Shown piece after piece: positions 11,690 through 22,639 of a DNA stretch of 32,000 bases; within the stretch, counting starts at the first letter, position 1; the number at the start of each line of letters is the position of its first letter. The position numbers were made by a program, and so were the translations under genes. Origin of the DNA: Mycobacterium leprae TN (GTDB lineage: Bacteria; Actinomycetota; Actinomycetes; Mycobacteriales; Mycobacteriaceae). The DNA lies in the NCBI RefSeq assembly GCF_000195855.1, contig NC_002677.1, forward strand, positions 2,640,001 to 2,672,000, given 5' to 3'. The notes under the pieces are model-generated. The model did no database searches. It worked only from the letters and a program-made list of their open reading frames with translations, and was not told where the DNA came from.

Positions 11690-13080
11690 TAGGACTCGCC
11701 CCCTTCTGTACACCTGGCCACGAAAGCCTGTCCTAAAGGCAAACGTTGTGTGCACGTCACAACCGCTGACTTGCTAAGACAGGTCTTCGGATGCTCACCG
11801 AAGGCGGCAACGCCGTTGATGCAGCCGCCACTGCCATCAGATTCACCACGGTGGAACCGGTATCTAAATAACATAAGCTCGGACATCTTCGCCATCGTCT
11901 GAGAGGGACAGAAATTGCACGGAATCAACGCTTCGAATCGCTCTTTTGCTACATAAACGCCAAAGTAATTCGGCGACAATAGTTTTCCTGATCTTAAATA
12001 GAATTCGGTGACCGTGCCTGGAGTGGCACCGGTCTGGGTTGAATTTGCATGCTAAATTTTGTGAAACTATTATTCTAGAGGATTTTCGAGCTTACGATCT
12101 CCCACGGCCACAACAATTTTCTGGCCTCATCAACGGTCGCGGAGCAATGGGAGACACAGGTACCGCTGTTTAATAGCCCAGCCGGGATTCACCGAAGCGT
12201 TTCTGCGGTCCAGGCGGTAGCCGAACTCCGGTGAGCTGTTCATTTTCCCGAGCAAGCAGCCAACCTCGAGCTGATCGGCTCAACTCACGGTGACACGTTC
12301 TAGCGCAGAGAACTGGCGTACAGACTCGAGGCATATGCTACAGTTAATGTTGGTATTTTGTGTTCCAGTGGTCTGGCGGCTCATCGCACCAACTGAAGTG
12401 GCATAATCAAAAGAACCGAACGCGGATGCGGTATCCACGAAATTACAGCCAAACGGTCAGGGGACAGTGGCATTCAGTGGCATTGATAGCACTGAGAATC
12501 CTGTAAAAATTCGACATGTCTTCTTTTCCAGAAGATTCCGCCGACATCGTGCATCTGGACAATCCAAGCAGTCAAGCTGATTTTCACCGACACGCAGGCC
12601 TATGTAGCCGATATCGACCACATTTCGCTGTGACAAAAACGCTCTGTTGGATACGGAGTATATGAAACAACGTGCGACACTGATCGACCGCAAGCAGGCG
12701 AAACCGGCATCCGCCAGCACCCACCAATGGTGGCACCGTGTACCTGACAGCCCCCGACGCCGCGGGGATAATGATGTCGATGGTCCAGTCGAACTACATA
12801 GGATTCTGCTCCGGTGTGGTGGTACCGGAAACCGGAATTCCGTTGCAAAATCGTAGCGCGAATTTCTTGCTGATAAAGGACATAAGAACCTTGTTGGACA
12901 TAGCAAGCATCACCTACACACAATCATTCGGGGCCTTGTTAGCAAAGACGGTGCACCGGTGATGGGCAGCACAATGCAGCCCCAGGGACACATGCAAGTT
13001 CTAGTGCTTATCGCCGACCACGGGCAAAATCCGCAGACAGCCTACGACGGATCGAGGTTCCCACTAGATGCATAGCCTTC
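11690..13080 (+). pseudogene. Gamma-glutamyltransferase remnant (Rv0773c-like)
   Basis: Fragments in shifting frames: LTEGGNAVDAAATAIRFTTVEPVS (~11790-11866), VYLTAPDAAGIMMSMVQSNYIGFCSGVVVPETGIPLQNRSANF (12738-12866), HTIIRGLVSKDGAPVMGSTMQPQGHMQVLVLIADHGQNPQTAYDGSRF. Typical GGT large- and small-subunit motifs. Confidence 0.85.
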
Positions 13081-13336
13081 AGGCCAGTTGCTAACCAGAT
13101 TTTTCGCAGTCAACAGCTGGATGAACTGCTGCGGCGCGGGCATGATCCGGTGACCGTGAACTACTACCCCCGGGTTGGGGACTTACAGGCGATTTGCCGT
13201 ATCGAAGGCGAGATATCTAGCAAAAAGGGATGCACGCCAGTACAACTAAGCCGCAGCTTTCTAAGCTTTATCTTAATAATCTGCCACCGAACAACGCACA
13301 GTGCAGCATTTTTCTCTACTTCTCTTAACTTCGTTG

Positions 13337-14605
13337 CTAGATATGGATCCTGCCCTTTGCCGCTGAAAATCCGATATCCTTGCGAAAATGGCTGCCGAGC
13401 AATCGAATTGATCCGATTATGCGATATGCCTGGGAGCGCGCCGCAGATAGGTCATCCCCGGTCGCCACCACCGATAGCACCCGCCCACCTGACGAGACGA
13501 TCACACCATCGTCGCGGCGAGTGGTTCCAGCGTGCAATACCCCCTCGATTTCGGATCCGAAGACAATATCCCCGACTCGGGGGCGTCTGGGATAGTTTTC
13601 GGCAGCTAACACTACAGCCACGGCAGCTCCTGAACGCCAATGCAATTCGCCGAAGTCAGCCAGCGAACCAGTTCCTGCCGCGTAGAGGAGCTGACCAAGC
13701 GGTGAATCCAGCAGAGCCAGCACAACTTGGGTTTCCGGATCGCCAAAGCGGCAATTGAATTCAACGACTGCTGGCCCGCTGGCAGTGACAGCAAGACCCA
13801 CATACAGTAGTCCGCGAAACGGACTTCCACGTTGAACCAATTCGGCTGCAACGGGTTCGACGATGCTGGTGAGAGCCTGTTGACAAACCTCATCGGGAAG
13901 CCATGGCAGCGGAGCATAGGCGCCCATACCGCCGGTGTTAGGTCCTGTGTCGCCTTCACCGACCCGCTTGAAATCTTGAGCCGGTAACAGCGGCAACACA
14001 GTTCTACCGTCTACGACGCAGAATAGCGACACCTCGGGTCCATCGAGATACGACTCCAGCAATACCGGGTGTCCGGCTTCTAATAATCCCGCAGCATGAG
14101 TGCGCGCGACATCGCGATCCGATGTTACCACAACGCCCTTGCCAGCCGCTAGACGATCATCTTTCACCACCCAGGACAAGTCACCGACGGGTGGCCCGAA
14201 CCGGTCCAGGGCGGCATCCAGACGTGCTGGACTATTGACGATTTCGCTCCGGGAAGTGCGCACACCAGCCGCCGCCATGACTTCCTTGGCGAAGGCTTTT
14301 GAGCCTTCGATGCGAGCAGCGTCCTTACTGGGACCGAAACAGACGATGCCGGCAGCACGCACCGCATCGGCCACTCCAAGCACCAGTGGTAGCTCGGGAC
14401 CAATGACCACCATGTCGGCCCGGACATCACGAGCCAGAGCGACGATATCCTCTCCGGAGCTGATGTCGACGTCATACTGTTCGGCCAGCCGGGCGGTGCC
14501 AGCGTTGCCGGGAGCAACGACTAATCCCTTGACCTGCGGATCTCTGCTAAGTGCCAGCAGCAAGGCATGCTCACGGGCACCGGAGCCAATCACCAGGACG
14601 CGCAC
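13337..14605 (-). CDS. purD: Phosphoribosylamine-glycine ligase (GAR synthetase)
   Basis: Intact 422-aa ORF starting [23 protein letters not shown], with [12 protein letters not shown] and [11 protein letters not shown] signatures. Confidence 0.97.
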   Translation of the reverse strand: MRVLVIGSGAREHALLLALSRDPQVKGLVVAPGNAGTARLAEQYDVDISSGEDIVALARDVRADMVVIGPELPLVLGVADAVRAAGIVCFGPSKDAARIEGSKAFAKEVMAAAGVRTSRSEIVNSPARLDAALDRFGPPVGDLSWVVKDDRLAAGKGVVVTSDRDVARTHAAGLLEAGHPVLLESYLDGPEVSLFCVVDGRTVLPLLPAQDFKRVGEGDTGPNTGGMGAYAPLPWLPDEVCQQALTSIVEPVAAELVQRGSPFRGLLYVGLAVTASGPAVVEFNCRFGDPETQVVLALLDSPLGQLLYAAGTGSLADFGELHWRSGAAVAVVLAAENYPRRPRVGDIVFGSEIEGVLHAGTTRRDDGVIVSSGGRVLSVVATGDDLSAARSQAYRIIGSIRLLGSHFRKDIGFSAAKGRIHI

Positions 14606-15479
14606 GACACGTCAGATTAGCTGGAAATTACTCGACCGTTGCGCCGGGCCATTCAAACAGACCCGGCCGCGTAGGAGATCGAGGGCGGCAGCGTCCACAA
14701 AGAAAATACTGTAACACAATGTCCATTTGCCTAGCATAAGTATATGTAAAGAGTTAATCATGCTGACATCCGAGTTCCAGTAGTCGGGGGATTGCTGATC
14801 AAAAGCCGCTGTAGTGCCCGAGTTAGTGGGTCGTGGCCAGCTTGTCTCGCTCAGCGCGATTTTCGGCGATATCCTGCGGAAGCCCCATCGTCCGACGCTA
14901 AACTTTGGATTCGGCGAACACTCGACCTAGACGAGAGGTGCAGCCCTCATGGACCAATTCACCAGGGTCCGATCCGACGCCGCTTCAGCACATACCCGAG
15001 ATGCTGGGCGCGACGAGACACACCAACTACTGTCCTGCTAGCAGGTGTCGAATTATTCGTTATCTAGTCAGCCTGGTTCAGCGCGGAGGATATGTCGACT
15101 GCTGTATCGCTTACCGTCAGCATGTTGTTCCTAAGGTGATTAGCATGGTTGAGCACAGCATAGTTGCTAGCCTGATAGACCCCAGCTTCAGCACTCGGTG
15201 AAAACGCAAAGAACCAAGACGTGACACGTAACCAGGTGTATCCCGTCAAGGCTTCATCTACATCAGTTCCGACACCACACACTCGAAAAAACGCAGCACT
15301 TGGCCACACACAGCTATAGATCCGTCGATGCACAGAAACTGCGAATGGGACAGACACACATATCACCGCATAACGTCCCCCCGACCAACCACCATCACGG
15401 CTAATCGCAAACCCAGAGTGGTACGAAATAACTTCAGTGGCACCGGGTTAAGTGATTCCGATAGAATTATATTTATGTG

Positions 15480-16350
15480 ACATTCGTGCGATCAACTCAA
15501 TGTTGTTTGGCGATTGGTGGCGGCTTGCTACGACGGAGCATTCAACTTCCTCAACGCAGCCAACAACCTAAACTGATCTCCCCACTTTCTCAGTACCTTC
15601 CGTTAGCAACAACGACCGCGCACGGCGACGCTAACTAACCTTGGACAAGCAAGAAGCCAACAGCATATCGGCGCTGCGCGGCGTGACCACCCCCGAATTA
15701 CGCACCACTTTATGAAGCGGTGCTACCCAAACTGGCCACCACCGCTAAACAGGACATCAACAAAAACACCCGAGACCCCACGCATCATAATCATGATGGG
15801 ATCGATACCGCGTTGCACGCCCCGCTGGAGTCGGAAAAATTGCTCCAGCACAACATGCTACCGGAATCCATCATCGTCACAACGACACTGAGTGAGCTGG
15901 AGGACACCGCCGACAAGGTACTCACCGGCTGCGGCAGCAGCTTACCCATGAGTAACGTGATACACCTGACACAGCAGGCCCGCCATCATTCAATAAAGAC
16001 CTAAAGCCCTGGCGATCTACCACACCAAGCGACTAGCCCCCGGCACATCGAATCGCTGTTGTACGCCAAGGACCGTGACTGCACCGCGCCGGGATACACC
16101 GTACCCGACTACTACTACTACTGGGAAGTTCACCACATCACCGCTTACAACCACCTACCGCACCACCAACATCAACAACCTGACCGTTTGGCCGCGGCCC
16201 CCAACACCACCTCCCAAACCCAGCGGCTGAACCACACGAAAACACACCAACAGCAACACCCAATCCAATGAATCCCACCCCCCACTTAGACCACGACCAA
16301 CCCAAAACCAACACCTTCTGACACCCCGAAAACTCCTGCACGACGGAAAC
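15480..16350 (+). pseudogene. 13E12-repeat-family protein remnant (DUF222 + HNH nuclease domain)
   Basis: SISALRGVTTPELRTTL*(S)GAVLPKLA (~15670-15740), then YAKDRDCTAPGYTVPDYYYYWEVHHITAYNHLPHHQHQQPDRLAAAPNT (16059-16210), the HNH region of mycobacterial 13E12 repeat proteins, decayed at catalytic and Zn-binding positions. Confidence 0.7.
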
Positions 16351-16445
16351 GATGATAGCCCAGGTGCGGTGTAACGACTTGTGTGCACCTGGCGCTGTGG
16401 GGACGCGCCACCCAGACAGCACTTCGTCATGCATATGCTGAGGCC

Positions 16446-16850
16446 ATGGCGACGATCTTCACCAAAATCATTAACCGCGAACTACCCGGCCGCTTCGTCT
16501 ACGAGGACGACGACGTCGTCGCATTCCTCACTATTGAGCCAATGACACAAGGCCATACGCTAGTAGTGCCATGCGCCGAGATCGATCAGTGGCAGAACGT
16601 GGATCCTGCGATATTTGGTCGCGTTATAGCCGTGAGTCAGCTGATCGGCAAGGGCGTATGCCGGGCGTTTAACGCCGAACGGGCCGGGGTGATCATCGCC
16701 GGATTTGAAGTACCCCATCTGCACATCCATGTGTTTCCTACCCATAGCCTGAGCAACTTTAGCTTTGCCAACGTCGACCGCAACCCGTCACCGGAATCCC
16801 TCGACGCAGCTCAGGACAAAATCAAGGCAGCTCTAACTCAGCTGGCGTGA
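16446..16850 (+). CDS. HIT (histidine triad) family nucleotide-binding protein (Rv0759c-like)
   Basis: 134-aa [45 protein letters not shown]... with histidine-triad motif HLHIHVF. Confidence 0.94.
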   Translation: MATIFTKIINRELPGRFVYEDDDVVAFLTIEPMTQGHTLVVPCAEIDQWQNVDPAIFGRVIAVSQLIGKGVCRAFNAERAGVIIAGFEVPHLHIHVFPTHSLSNFSFANVDRNPSPESLDAAQDKIKAALTQLA

Positions 16851-16899
16851 GCTGGCGGTCATCGCCATGCTAAAACATACGCGGACACCTCGCTTATTC

Positions 16900-18265
16900 G
16901 CGGCAGCGTGACGCAGCAGCAGCTCTGCCCCGGTGCAAGTGGTCGCAGTAACCACACCACCGTAGGCACGCACTAAAGAATCGACGATCGATCACCTCAG
17001 TACGATACCGCCATTGGCCCGGACTCGAGATGAGTCGGTGCGATAGAGCCGCTCGAAGACCCACAGCGCCTCTCCTCTTGCCTGAACCCCAGGTCAACCA
17101 TTTCGAGCACCCGCGTCGTCGCCATCGGTGCCGACTTGGACGGTGACGTCGACGCGTTCCGAGGTATGCCTATAAAGCATTGGCAACAAAGTTGCTCAGC
17201 ACCTGGCATATCCGGCGCTCATCACCGTGCACCTCGGGGAATCCCGGGACCGTCGAGAACTTCCGTGGTGATCGTGCGATTGAGGGTAGATTGCCTGCGC
17301 GTCGTGCACGGCATCGGTGACCAGCGCCAGCAATCTACTATACACGGTGTGCGAGCGGCCATTGCACATCCAGGCAAGCAGCAACAAAGCGTCCACCGGC
17401 AGGCCCATCCAGCTTGCTTCGCTTTCGATCCGCGACATCAACATGGCCACGTCACAGGCAGGCGCCCTGCCGATACAACTCAGCGAAGCCGCAGGTGGTC
17501 AACGGAGTGCGTAGTTCGTGGTTGACGCTGGCGATGAACCGCTAAATCCGGTCATCTGAACCACGGGCCGTCTCGACAGAAGACTCCGAGGACGCCAGCG
17601 CTTCCTGAATCTGGGTAAGCATTCCGTTGAGCACCAACGAAAGTCGACCCGTCTTGGTTTGGGTATCACGTTCCGGAACGCAACGGTCCAGCTGGCCTGC
17701 GGCTGTCACCGCAGCGGTTTATTCGACTTCAGCCAGCGGCCGCAGGCTACGGTGCACGACCGCATAACCGACAATCCCGACCACAACCAGCACCGGCCAC
17801 CCCGATGCCGAACCACAACTAGGCCAACGACCTGACCCTGTGCTGAACATCGGACAGATCGACCACGACCGTGATCAGGTCGTGCGACCTCCGCACCGAC
17901 ACCACTCGCCACTGAATATCAGAGCCGTTGACCGATGGCAGGGTCGTCGGATTAAGGTCCAAATCATTCTTGGACGAAAGTACCGGTTCAGCGTTGCGGT
18001 CGTTGATGACCGTAAAGGTAGTGCTGTCGCACACCAATATCCCCGCACGTAAAACTTTAGACAGTGGCGAGTCTAAAACTCTGAACACAAGTGAAATGAA
18101 CCTATGCCCAGGCTTGGGATATATTGATTCGGATATAATTAACCTTCGGATATAATTAACCGAAGTAAAACACAGGATCGAGGCGACAGCACCCCCCCCC
18201 GAGGTAACTAAGCCACAGACCACCAGCGCTAGGACGGTGGCAACCAAGTAGACCCGCAACGACAT
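16900..18265 (-). pseudogene. phoR: Two-component sensor histidine kinase PhoR remnant
   Basis: N-terminal part MSLRVYLVATVLALVVCGLVTSG...NPTTLPSVNGSDIQWRVVSVRRSHDLITVVVDLSDVQHRVRSL, kinase-region part AMLMSRIESEASWMGLPVDALLLLAW, and SDAVHDAQAI, in multiple frames with stops. Confidence 0.85.
18128..18161. repeat. Perfect 17-bp tandem duplication (TTCGGATATAATTAACC x2)
   Basis: Read directly: 18128-18144 and 18145-18161 are identical. Confidence 0.9.
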
Positions 18266-18329
18266 TCCGCGTCAAAATTGTTGTAATATAGCAATAATCG
18301 TCATACAGTCGAGTCCACATGCGACAACT

Positions 18330-19080
18330 CAGTGCTGCTCCCGCAACCCGTTACTTACCCCACACAAGGTGTGCAGCAACCGCTTCTCCCTGGTGTCGAT
18401 CTGGCGGCGCAGATACAACACATAGGACTCCACCATGTTGACGGGCCCACCAAATCTATAACACCACACGTGGTCGAGGATGTTGGGTGTGTTCAAGACT
18501 GTGCCAGCGTTAATCACAACACAGCGCAGCAACGTGAATTCGGTGGGAGAAAGCGATACCAACTCGTCGGCCTTCCAGGCCTCGTGGGTCTCCTCGTCGA
18601 GTTCGACATCGGCGAAGGATAGGCGGGCAGTACAAGGTGCTGCTCTGCCCAACCCTGCCTTTGCCGACACGGCACAGTATGACCCGCAGCCTAATGACCA
18701 CCTCCTCGAGATTGAATGGCTCCGTCACCATAGTCGTAGCTGCCTAGGGTCAGACCGGCGATCTGTACTGCAGCAAGTCGCGCGCGATCAGGAACAACGC
18801 TGGGATGTGAATGTCGTCGGCGCAGCCAGCGCAGCACCCCGAAACCGTCCATCCCCGGCATCACCACGTCCAAGATCACCGCGTCCGGCCGAGCACTACG
18901 AGCCTAGTCCAGCTGCCGCGGCTCCTTTAAACACAGCCTGGACCTAAAAGCCCTGGAATTTGATGTCACCTAGAGCGGTTCGACAACGTTGGCTTCGTCG
19001 TCAACAACTAGGATACGCCCCTCCAGGGTGGTTGCGCTTGGGGTATCCGGTTGCCATCAGTTCACATCTGTCGCACTCGT
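18330..19080 (-). pseudogene. phoP: Two-component response regulator PhoP remnant
   Basis: Receiver part VILDVVMPGMDGFGVLRWLRR, IAGLTLG, VTEPFNLEEVVIRLRVILCRVGKG, and the winged-helix part LSFADVELDEETHEAWKADELVSLSPTEFTLLRCVVINAGTVLNTPNILDHVWCYRFGGPVNMVESYVLYLRRQIDTREKRLLHTLCGV, in three frames. Confidence 0.9.
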
Positions 19081-19691
19081 TTGGACGCTAGCTTCGCAGT
19101 CCAGTAGGTAGTTCCTGGAAACCAGTTACCAAACCGGCTTGAACGCAATGGCCAGCATGCTCAGAACGATAACGCCCTGCCGTGCACCAACCAGCTGGCC
19201 AGACTGCTGGATGGCGATGCACCAGTTGGGACGCCCGATCGCATCGGACAGGCCAGTGGATCGCCTACTGCGTCCGAACGGGTTAGGAGATATCTTAGGT
19301 GACAACGCCCGGCAGTTTACGCGACCGCCTGACTGAGGAAGGCGGCGGATTGCAGTTCGCTGCAGCTGAGCGGGCTGGCCGACCGGCTGCTCGCCGAAGA
19401 CGGACTGATCGACAGGTTGACGGTAAAGGAGGGATCAACTCGAACAGCTCACCAACTTTGCCGACACTCTGGGTCGACTGATGCCCGAGATGGAAGCGCT
19501 GGAGCCCGCTATCGCCACCCTGCAAGACGCCGTTTCCGTGCTGACCCTGGTGGTCAACACACCCAACAACACTACTTAACGACGCATGTCACTGCAGCGC
19601 TACTCACCTCGGCACTCACCGTCCTGGTCGGTGCGGTCGCAACGCGTCATCGACGCCGACGAATGAGCAGCTAGGCTTGCACCGGTTTTAC

Positions 19692-19766
19692 GCCTCCTTA
19701 GCTCAGTGGTAGAGCACTCGCCTTGTAAGCGAGCGGTCGTCAGTTCAATCCTGACAGGGGGCTCCA
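19692..19766 (+). tRNA. tRNA-Thr (anticodon TGT), CCA encoded
   Basis: Cloverleaf: acceptor GCCTCCT/AGGGGGC, D-arm GCTC...GAGC, anticodon arm CTCGC-CTTGTAA-GCGAG, T-arm GTCAG-TTCAATC-CTGAC, discriminator T then CCA. Confidence 0.95.
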
Positions 19767-21043
19767 ACTGTCAATGCACGCGCGGTCTGAGCGCGCAGTT
19801 ACGGCAGCCGGTTAGTCAGATCGGTCGATAGGCCAGCCAAGCTGCCGCCCACTACCTCGATCACGTCATGAGTCACCGCGATAAGGAACTGAACATTCGC
19901 CGCGCCGACCTCGTCGACACTGACTTGAACCGCATTCATAATCGTCGTTGGATCGCCAGTGAATAAGGGATGATCCAATGTTGTAGACCGCAAATTACGG
20001 CACCATAATCAGATTATGCGTGTCGGCGAACAGTTCGGTAAACAAGGACGCCGGCGAGACCCCTAAACACCAGCGTTCAACCCTGTTGGTTAACGTTCCG
20101 ACCGCAATCACAAATTAGCTTGAATACGCGATATCGATGATATGAATATTCGTGGTGTAGATCGGGTGGACCACGACGGTGGAATACATCGTTTTGAAGC
20201 ACACTAGTAAAGGCCTAGTCAAAACCACCCCGCTAAAATTGGTGGCACCTAGCAGGTCAGCATCGGGACAAGGAAATCTGAGAGTCCAGGAGCACGAGCC
20301 TACATAAGATATACCAGGACCGCGAGATTGATCTACTGTAAGGCATCGAAAAGGCCAGCGTTGATTTCATTGAACCCGACCAACACCTGCGAGTTCATTC
20401 TCAGCATGCCAACCAACGGTTAAGCGGTCTTCTGCATCCTTATCAACTTCGACTCGAAGATCCCAGCAAAGGTGCCCTGCGCACGCTAGCACGTTGACGA
20501 TGGCCGCGCCCGTAGTTGGCCCAGCTGAGTGAGTTGAACTCCGAGCACCGCAGTGTCTATCGGGCTTGCCACGTTGCCCATCGACTGCTGAGGACTACCG
20601 CAGCTCCGGCGACATCGTGGCCGATCAGATCGCAGCCACACAGCGCCTCGATGGTAGGCATCGATCATCACACCGACACCTGGCTGAACGAGTTACCAAT
20701 CCAAGCGTCACTGACCGTGGAAACGGCTAAACTCACTACACCAACGGCCCCCTGCATAGACATGGGGCTGCCTCCGTATCCGCATACGATGCCGCCACTG
20801 CACTCAGGGCGCGTACCAACTGCTCGTGATACGCAGCCCGCCGCCACCCACTCAGTCGTCGGGATGAGTGCGGCCAGATTGCCAACCGCCACTGAGGCAC
20901 CGATCCACGCTACATCCGCTGCCGCCATCTCCATGCATGTACGGCGCCACAAGAACAAATGACATCGCCGACCCTCGGTGCTATCGGGTACTAAACGTCA
21001 TGGCGGCAAACGTCAGAATGCGGGCGAGAATCGATGGAAATGA

Positions 21044-21775
21044 TTACGAGCCACTGCCCCACCCGACGAGACGGGGACTGAGTCGCTTGAGTACTTCAGG
21101 GAAGGATTGCAAGCCTCGTTTTTCAAGCAATGGAGGCATAGGTACGAAGTACGTCGTGTGATCGTCACCTTCTGGTGATGACATCAAGATCCCGACTGCA
21201 CTCACAATGCCGTCTACGTTCTTCACGAAGCCAGGACTACCACTGCCGGCCGACAAGCTGTACACGCTGGCTTCCACCACATCGCCGTCCATACTCTTGA
21301 TGGTTCCGCAAGTCTCACCGGTAATGGCACCGACCTTGCAGAACAACATACCTAACTGAATCTCATTTTCGCTCAACACATTCCGGAGAAGCTGGCTGTA
21401 TACATCACCGCTTGAGTAACCTTGACTGAGGTCAAGGAGAATGATAGCGGCATCCTTCCTGTCGCCTTCGTTTTCGCTTACGGTGCGCTTGCCCAGTGGG
21501 ACATCTGGCCCATAGGGCCATACCGAACCGTCATACGCGTCGCAATGTCCAATGGTCAGGAGATAGGAACTGCCGTCGTTGCCTCGAGCCACGCAAGCCG
21601 CGGTGCAAATGCTGCTTTCATCACAGAGCCGGAGACCCGGACTCGGGGCATATTCGGCGAGCACCATACTCGCGAATACCTTCGGGGCGATGACCGCGGC
21701 GCTGGCCAATCCCAATCCTCGCAACCACCGTACGGTCGCACACGTCTCCCCGGTAAACCAGTAGATTGAACGCAT
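21044..21775 (-). CDS. Putative secreted trypsin-like serine protease (Rv1815-like)
   Basis: Intact ORF 21044-21859 (271 aa; the Met at 21775 puts a hydrophobic leader GLGLASAAVIAPKVFASMVLA first). His motif LLTIGHCDAYDG, Asp in DRKDAAIIL, GAITGETCGTI, and serine motif SAGSGSPGFV. Confidence 0.7.
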   Translation of the reverse strand: MRSIYWFTGETCATVRWLRGLGLASAAVIAPKVFASMVLAEYAPSPGLRLCDESSICTAACVARGNDGSSYLLTIGHCDAYDGSVWPYGPDVPLGKRTVSENEGDRKDAAIILLDLSQGYSSGDVYSQLLRNVLSENEIQLGMLFCKVGAITGETCGTIKSMDGDVVEASVYSLSAGSGSPGFVKNVDGIVSAVGILMSSPEGDDHTTYFVPMPPLLEKRGLQSFPEVLKRLSPRLVGWGSGS

Positions 21776-22049
21776 CAAAACACAAGATTCACTTAAATCA
21801 TGAACCGTTTCAGGTTTAATGCCGCTTCCTTCGGTGAGAAGGATGGCGATTATGGCCAAGCTTACCCGGTCGAGTAGCGTGAGCGCGCGGTTGAGGCTAG
21901 TGCTGGATCACCTCGATTCATTATCGATCGGTTCGATCCACACCGTTTCGGATGTTTACCGCACCGATGCGCCGCTTACCACCGTCGACTCTGCATGAGC
22001 ACCGCAAGATAGCCGTCTAACCGTGGCGTAAAGGCCATCAAGCGGCTTG

Positions 22050-22495
22050 GAGGACTGGCTGATGCGCGATGACGGGTTTGTGGGATTACCCCGGAGCCAA
22101 AAACACCGCACCACGATCCCAGGTGGCAAAGATGCCCAGCACGCCGCCGAGCTACTCGACCGTGACTTCACCGCCACGGCTCCCAACCACCGATTGCGAG
22201 CTGGCAGGTGTACAAGACTAAAGATACTGCCATGCTCACCACAGCTCTCCAGACGTCACTGTGGCGGCGCAACCATCACGGCCACAGCATCGAAGAAGAT
22301 TTGATTCATCACTGCGAATGGCAGGCAGTCAGTATGCGTCGATCGTGTTCACCGAGGCAACCAGTCCAGGCAATCCGCTTCGGACCGGCCTGCCGCGGGC
22401 CCTCGACACCGTCGGATACCCGACGATGGACTGGATCGAGCGAGTTTACAACCGACGCAGACGTTTTCTGGGGTTAAGTCGACCTGTTGCGTGAG
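22050..22495 (+). pseudogene. IS3-family transposase (OrfB-type, DDE) remnant
   Basis: RSQKHRTTIPGGKDAQHAAELLDRDFTATAPNHR, then in other frames ALQTSLWRRNHHGH, EEDLIHHC, and WIERVYNRRRRFLGLS. Characteristic of IS3-type OrfB, lacking an intact frame. Confidence 0.75.
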
Positions 22496-22639
22496 GGTTA
22501 TATAAACAAACCAGCAACACGCGCGTGCGACAGATCTGCCGGGCGGTGGGTGGGCCCTCATGTCTGGTAGTCGTAAAACTGCCTGCTACAAGCAGGATAT
22601 CGGGATTAGGGCGTTTCAGTGAGGTTGCCCTCTGGGGTG

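Noticed and set aside
13150-13758. 202-aa + strand ORF
   Set aside because: Mostly antisense to the 3' part of purD, and the upstream part has no recognisable motif. Treated as a chance frame.
14100-14714. 204-aa + strand ORF
   Set aside because: Antisense to purD, with low-complexity Arg/Ser/Thr-rich composition typical of shadow ORFs in GC-rich genes.
16085-16115. ACT trinucleotide run as a possible functional repeat
   Set aside because: Only about five units, inside a decayed HNH gene. Most likely simple slippage.
20486-20962. PE/PPE-like or other gene in the ORFs on both strands
   Set aside because: Ala/Val-rich fragments superficially resemble PPE domains, but no PPE motif or consistent frame was found. 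Left unassigned.
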